A stretch of 13,511 bases of DNA from a virus. Its lineage: Duplodnaviria > Heunggongvirae > Uroviricota > Caudoviricetes. The notes beneath the pieces are model-generated. The model saw only the letters and a program-made list of their open reading frames with translations, was not told the origin of the DNA and ran no database searches. Positions 9,032 to 13,511 of this stretch are shown here, in pieces (position 1 is the first letter of the stretch; each line of letters opens with the position of its first letter). Position numbers and translations under genes: made by a program. The DNA is taken from IMG/VR virus record IMGVR_UViG_2711768010_000006; one strand, given 5' to 3'.

Positions 9032-12000
9032 ATGGCAGTAAAGATTTCAGGTGTACTGAAAGACGGCACAGGAAAACCGGTACAGAACTGCACAATCCAG
9101 CTGAAAGCAAAACGTAACAGCACCACGGTGGTGGTGAACACGCTGGCCTCAGAAAATCCGGATGAAGCCGGGCGTTACAGCATGGACGTTGAGTACGGNN
9201 NNNNNNNNNNNNNNNNNNNNNNNNNNNNNNNNNNNNNNNNNNNNNNNNNNNNNNNNNNNNNNNNNNNNNNNNNNNNNNNNNNNNNNNNNNNNNNNNNNNN
9301 NNNNNNNNNNNNNNNNNNNNNNNNNNNNNNNNNNNNNNNNNNNNNNNNNNNNNNNNNNNNNNNNNNNNNNNNNNNNNNNNNNNNNNNNNNNNNNNNNNNN
9401 NNNNNNNNNNNNNNNNNNNNNNNNNNNNNNGGATTCCCGCCGTCACATGCCGGGACCATCACCGTGTATGAAGATTCCCGACCCGGTACGCTGAATGATT
9501 TTCTCGGTGCCATGACGGAGGATGATGCCCGTCCGGAGGCTCTGCGCCGTTTTGAGCTGATGGTGGAAGAGGTGGCGCGTAACGCGTCCGCAGTGGCACA
9601 GAACACGGCAGCCGCGAAGAAATCAGCCAGCGATGCCAGCACATCAGCCCGTGAGGCGGCAACCCATGCGACTGATGCTGCAGATTCAGCACGTGCAGCC
9701 AGCACGTCAGCCGGACAGGCCGCTTCGTCGGCTCAGTCAGCGTCTTCCAGCGCAGGAACGGCATCAACAAAGGCCACTGAAGCCTCAAAAAGTGCTGCCG
9801 CTGCAGAGTCCTCAAAAAGCGCGGCGGCTACCAGTGCCGGTGCGGCGAAAACGTTAGAAACGAATGCGGCAGCGTCACAACAATCAGCAGCCACTTCTGC
9901 ATCCACCGCGACCACGAAAGCGTCAGAAGCTGCCACCTCAGCCCGGGATGCGTCGGCTTCAAAAGAGGCGGCAAAATCATCAGAAACGAACGCATCATCA
10001 AGCGCCAGTAGCGCAGCTTCCTCGGCGACGGCGGCTGCAAATTCTGCGAAGGCGGCCAAAACGTCCGAGACGAACGCCAGGTCTTCTGAAACGGCAGCGG
10101 GACAGAGTGCCTCAGCTGCGGCAGGCTCAAAAACAGCGGCTGCGTCGTCTGCCAGCGCCGCGTCAACAAGTGCCGGGCAGGCCTCAGCCAGTGCCACCGC
10201 CGCCGGAAAATCGGCAGAAAGCGCCGCATCATCCGCTTCAACAGCCACAACGAAGGCTGGCGAAGCCACTGAGCAGGCCACGGCAGCAGCGAGGTCAGCT
10301 TCCGCAGCGAAGACATCCGAAACGAACGCGAAAGCGTCGGAAACCCGTGCAGAATCCTCAAAAACGGCTGCCGCATCGTCCGCCAGTTCGGCGGCGTCAT
10401 CGGCATCATCGGCGTCTGCTTCAAAAGATGAGGCGACCAGACAGGCGTCAGCAGCGAAGGGCAGCGCCACGACGGCATCCACGAAGGCGACAGAGGCTGC
10501 TGGTAGTGCGACGGCAGCAGCTCAGAGCAAAAGTACGGCGGAATCTGCAGCAACGCGCGCTGAGACAGCGGCAAAACGGGCAGAGGATATTGCATCCGCC
10601 GTGGCGCTTGAGGATGCGAGCACGACGAAAAAGGGGATAGTACAGCTCAGTAGTGCGACTAACAGCACTTCCGAGTCACTGGCGGCAACACCAAAAGCCG
10701 TTAAGGCCGCGTATGACCTGGCTAACGGGAAATACACCGCACAGGATGCAACGNNNNNNNNNNNNNNNNNNNNNGTGGCTGGATTCTCAGGGAGCATTTA
10801 ACCATCCATACTGGATGTGCAAGGGTTCCTGGTCTTATGGCAATAATAAAATCATTACTGATACTGGCTGCGGTAATATTCATCTCGCCGGAGCTGTCAT
10901 TGAAGTAATGGGGATAAAGTCAGCGATGACGATCCGCATTACCACTCCGACCACATCCAGCGGTGGCGGAACAACCAACGCCCAGTTTACCTATATTAAT
11001 CACGGAACAGATTATTCACCTGGCTGGCGAAGGGACTATAACTCCAGAAATAAGCCAACGGCATCAGAGATCGGGGCGCTACCGTCAGGTGGAACAGCAG
11101 TATCATCAGTTAATCTGGCTTCAAAAGGTCGGGTAGCCGCGCTGACAGACAATACGCAGGGGGCAGCAGGTCTTGAGTTATACGAGGTGTATAACAACGG
11201 ATATCCAACAGCGTATGGAAATATCATTCACCTGAAAGGGATGACAGCCGTTGGCGAAGGTGAGTTACTCATCGGCTGGAGTGGTACAAGCGGTGCTCAT
11301 GCTCCGGCATTTATTCGTTCACGACGGGATACGACCGACGCAAACTGGTCGCCGTGGGCGCAGCTTTACACCTCGGCTCATCCTCCTGCAGAGTTTTATC
11401 CAGTCGGTGCACCAATCCCGTGGCCATCAGATACCGTTCCGTCTGGTTATGCCCTGATGCAGGGGCAGACTTTTGACAAATCTGCTTACCCGAAACTTGC
11501 AGCCGCTTATCCGTCAGGCGTGATCCCTGATATGCGTGGCTGGACGATTAAGGGCAAGCCCGCCAGTGGTCGTGCCGTATTGTCTCAGGAACAGGATGGC
11601 ATTAAATCGCACACCCACAGCGCCAGCGCATCCAGTACGGATTTGGGGACGAAAACCACATCGTCGTTTGATTACGGCACTAAATCCACGAATAACACCG
11701 GGGCGCATACGCACAGTCTGAGCGGCTCTACAAGTTCAGCTGGGGCCCACCAACATAGTCAGACTGGGCCCAGAACGAATAGCGGGAGTCAACCTACTGG
11801 AATGTTTCCGGCAGGGAGTACTCAAGTTAGCGGGACTAATCAGGTTGGTATCAGTGGCTCATTAACCAGTGGCACCTCCCAATGGGTAGGTAAATCATCT
11901 TCAGAAGGAAACCATACACACTCACTGTCCGGCACAGCAGCATCTGCGGGTGCACACGCGCATACTGTCGGTATTGGTGCTCATACGCACTCTGTTGCGA

Positions 12001-12098
12001 TTGGTTCACATGGACACACCATCACCGTTAACGCTGCTGGTAACGCGGAAAACACCGTCAAAAACATCGCATTTAACTATATTGTGAGGCTCGCATAA
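9032..12098 (+). CDS. stf: Side tail fibre protein Stf, interrupted by two runs of N with a frame change across the second
   Basis: The N-terminus from the ATG at 9032 ([33 protein letters not shown]) matches lambda Stf; the GTG at 9026 in the ORF track is a less likely start. The middle is an Ala/Ser/Thr-rich repeat, followed by a tail fibre repeat motif ([41 protein letters not shown]). The C-terminal part (ORF 10653..12098, frame 0) ends with the His-rich segment and ...[22 protein letters not shown], as in lambda Stf. The two ORFs are one gene split by the N runs. Confidence 0.75.
9199..9430. other. Run of 232 N (assembly gap or masked sequence) inside stf
   Basis: Directly visible in the sequence. 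The flanking coding frame is preserved across it. Confidence 0.99.
9598..10620 (+). repeat. Coding tandem repeat region in the stf shaft (Ala/Ser/Thr-rich, recurring K-T/S-S-E-T-N-A units)
   Basis: Motifs such as [28 protein letters not shown] and [37 protein letters not shown] recur at irregular spacing of roughly 30-80 aa. The low-complexity GC-rich DNA also opens spurious ORFs in other frames and on the minus strand (9733..10482, 9828..10595, 9864..10640). Boundaries are approximate. Confidence 0.6.
10754..10774. other. Run of 21 N inside stf, with a reading-frame change across it
   Basis: Directly visible. The upstream stf frame ends at a stop at 10799-10801, while the downstream stf frame is the one opened by ORF 10653..12098. 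Confidence 0.99.
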
Positions 12099-12679
12099 TG
12101 GCATTCAGAATGAGTGAACAAGCACGGACCATAAAAATTTATAACCTGCTGGCCGGAACTAATGAATTTATTGGTGAAGGTGACGCATATATTCCGCCTC
12201 ATACAGGTCTGCCTGCAAACAGTACCGATATTGCACCGCCAGATATTCCGGCTGGTTTCGTGGCTGTTTTCAACAGTGATGAGTCATCGTGGCATCTCGT
12301 TGAAGATCATCGGGGTAAAACGGTTTATGACGTGGCTTCCGGCGACGCGTTATTTATTTCTGAACTCGGCTCATTACCGGAAAATGTCACCTGGTTATCC
12401 CCGGAAGGGGAGTTTCAGAAGTGGAACGGCACAGCCTGGGTGAAGGATACGGAAGCAGAAAAACTGTTCCGGATCCGGGAGGCGGAAGAAACAAAAAACA
12501 GCCTGATGCAGGTAGCCAGTGAGCATATAGCGCCGCTTCAGGATGCTGTGGATCTGGAGATCGCAACGGAGAAAGAAACCTTGTTGCTGGAAGCTTGGAA
12601 AAAGTATCGGGTGTTGCTGAACCGTGTTGATACATCAACTGCACCGGATATTGAATGGCCAGTAGCACCTATAGGGTAA
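12098..12679 (+). CDS. tfa: Tail fibre assembly protein Tfa (chaperone)
   Basis: 193-aa ORF beginning [54 protein letters not shown], matching lambda Tfa. Its start shares 1 bp with the stf stop (TAATG). Confidence 0.9.
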   Translation: MAFRMSEQARTIKIYNLLAGTNEFIGEGDAYIPPHTGLPANSTDIAPPDIPAGFVAVFNSDESSWHLVEDHRGKTVYDVASGDALFISELGSLPENVTWLSPEGEFQKWNGTAWVKDTEAEKLFRIREAEETKNSLMQVASEHIAPLQDAVDLEIATEKETLLLEAWKKYRVLLNRVDTSTAPDIEWPVAPIG

Positions 12680-12759
12680 ATTCGTAATGATTACCTAAAT
12701 ACGTTATTCTTTTGTTAAAAAAGTGATTTTGCTATAGGTAGGGAGTATGTTCTTGGATT

Positions 12760-12795
12760 AAGAATAAAAAATCGCCATGAAAGAGCTTCATGGCG
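12760..12795 (-). terminator. Rho-independent terminator reading on the minus strand
   Basis: Perfect 9-bp inverted repeat CGCCATGAA / TTCATGGCG (12773-12781 and 12787-12795) with a 5-nt loop. On the minus strand the hairpin is followed by ATTTTTTATTCTT (reverse complement of 12760-12772). Confidence 0.55.
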
Positions 12796-13428
12796 AGTAC
12801 ATAAACGTACAAAATGTGATGAAAGTAGAGTGGCGTAAGCCACTATATTAAGATATGACAATAGCGAAGAAAAGTAAATAACATTTTATGGACGTTTAAT
12901 TGTTAATTATAAAAACTAGAGTGCCCGATATTGTTTATCTTGCTTTAAAATAATGTACTCAAACCAAATTTTTGAGCTAAAAGCTCAAATAATATAAATG
13001 CAATAATAATGTTTAATAAGACAATTAGCTTGCTTTGTATTTTCATTTCGGAATACTGTTAAGTAACTTTGATGACCCTAACAATAGATCGGAATTTTCT
13101 TAGAGTCAATGGTCACTGTTTTTGCTTGCAAAGCAAATGTTTTGGTGGTTATAAGTCGTCTTAATATAGTCACGCATGCAACTTGTTCCATGCGGAGATT
13201 AAAGATTGGAATATAACGCGAAGATGGAATTAAATTACATTTGCAATAATTAATTTATTATTACTCAATAATTACCGATATTATTATTGTAAATTAATCA
13301 TTAGAATGCAAAAAGAAATGTAACGGCAAAATAAGAGGACGATAGCTGAGAAAAAAGCGTGCTTTCCCAATCTGGGGCAAATCACGTCTGAATGACACCT
13401 GAAAACAGGTGGTAGCCTCAAGAAGGCT

Positions 13429-13511
13429 GGTGATGCTGCCAACTTACTGATTTAGTGTATGATGGTGTTTTTGAGGTGCTCCAGTGGCTTCTGTTTCTAT
13501 CAGCTGTCCCT
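13429..13511 (+). mobile_element. IS1 insertion sequence, left end only (continues beyond the window)
   Basis: The sequence GGTGATGCTGCCAACTTACTGATTTAGTGTATGATGGTGTTTTTGAGGTGCTCCAGTGGCTTCTGTTTCTATCAGCTGTCCCT matches, as far as I can recall it, the IS1 left terminal inverted repeat and the start of insA. Confidence 0.9.
13484..13511 (+). CDS. insA: IS1 InsA, first 9 codons only (GTG start; truncated by the window edge)
   Basis: GTG GCT TCT GTT TCT ATC AGC TGT CCC translates to MASVSISCP, the InsA N-terminus, at the expected distance from the IS1 inverted repeat. Confidence 0.7.

Noticed and set aside
9598-10620. Possible CRISPR-like repeat array
   Set aside because: The repeats are imperfect, in-frame and protein-coding within stf. 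They lack the direct-repeat and spacer structure of a CRISPR array, and there are no cas genes.
9733-10640. ORFs 9733..10482 (-), 9828..10595 (-) and 9864..10640 (+) in the stf repeat region
   Set aside because: These are by-products of the GC-rich low-complexity repeat, which stays open in several frames. Their translations are Ala/Asp-rich or Arg/Pro/Gln-rich with no gene-like features, and the sense stf frame is the one continuous with the conserved ends.
10653-12098. ORF 10653..12098 as an independent 481-aa gene
   Set aside because: The first ~40 residues come from reading the upstream stf repeat out of frame. Only the part after the N run is real, and it is the C-terminal portion of stf.
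13111-13218. Small forward-strand ORFs of 30-35 aa in the AT-rich island (for example, starting at ATG 13111)
   Set aside because: No ribosome-binding sites, Cys-rich nonsense translations, and no support from neighbouring signals. They cannot be told apart from chance ORFs in AT-rich DNA.

Overview
This window is the distal tail (late) module of a lambda-like prophage, most likely in an E. coli/Shigella-type host. All genes are on the + strand in lambda order: the 3' ~2.4 kb of tape measure gene H (entering from the left edge), then M, L, K, I, J, the lom outer-membrane moron flanked by two hairpin terminators, a long side tail fibre gene stf broken by two runs of N, and tfa. Downstream of tfa the composition drops sharply into a ~750 bp AT-rich stretch with no ORF of 60 aa or more, which ends at the left inverted repeat of an IS1 element that runs off the right edge. 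I found no evidence of a defence system, CRISPR array, tRNA or rRNA. The points worth a second look are the divergent central and C-terminal parts of J, the repeat-rich gapped stf with a frame break, and the AT-rich island with a minus-strand terminator next to IS1. Protein identities rest on my recollection of the lambda proteins, not on a search, and should be confirmed by alignment.
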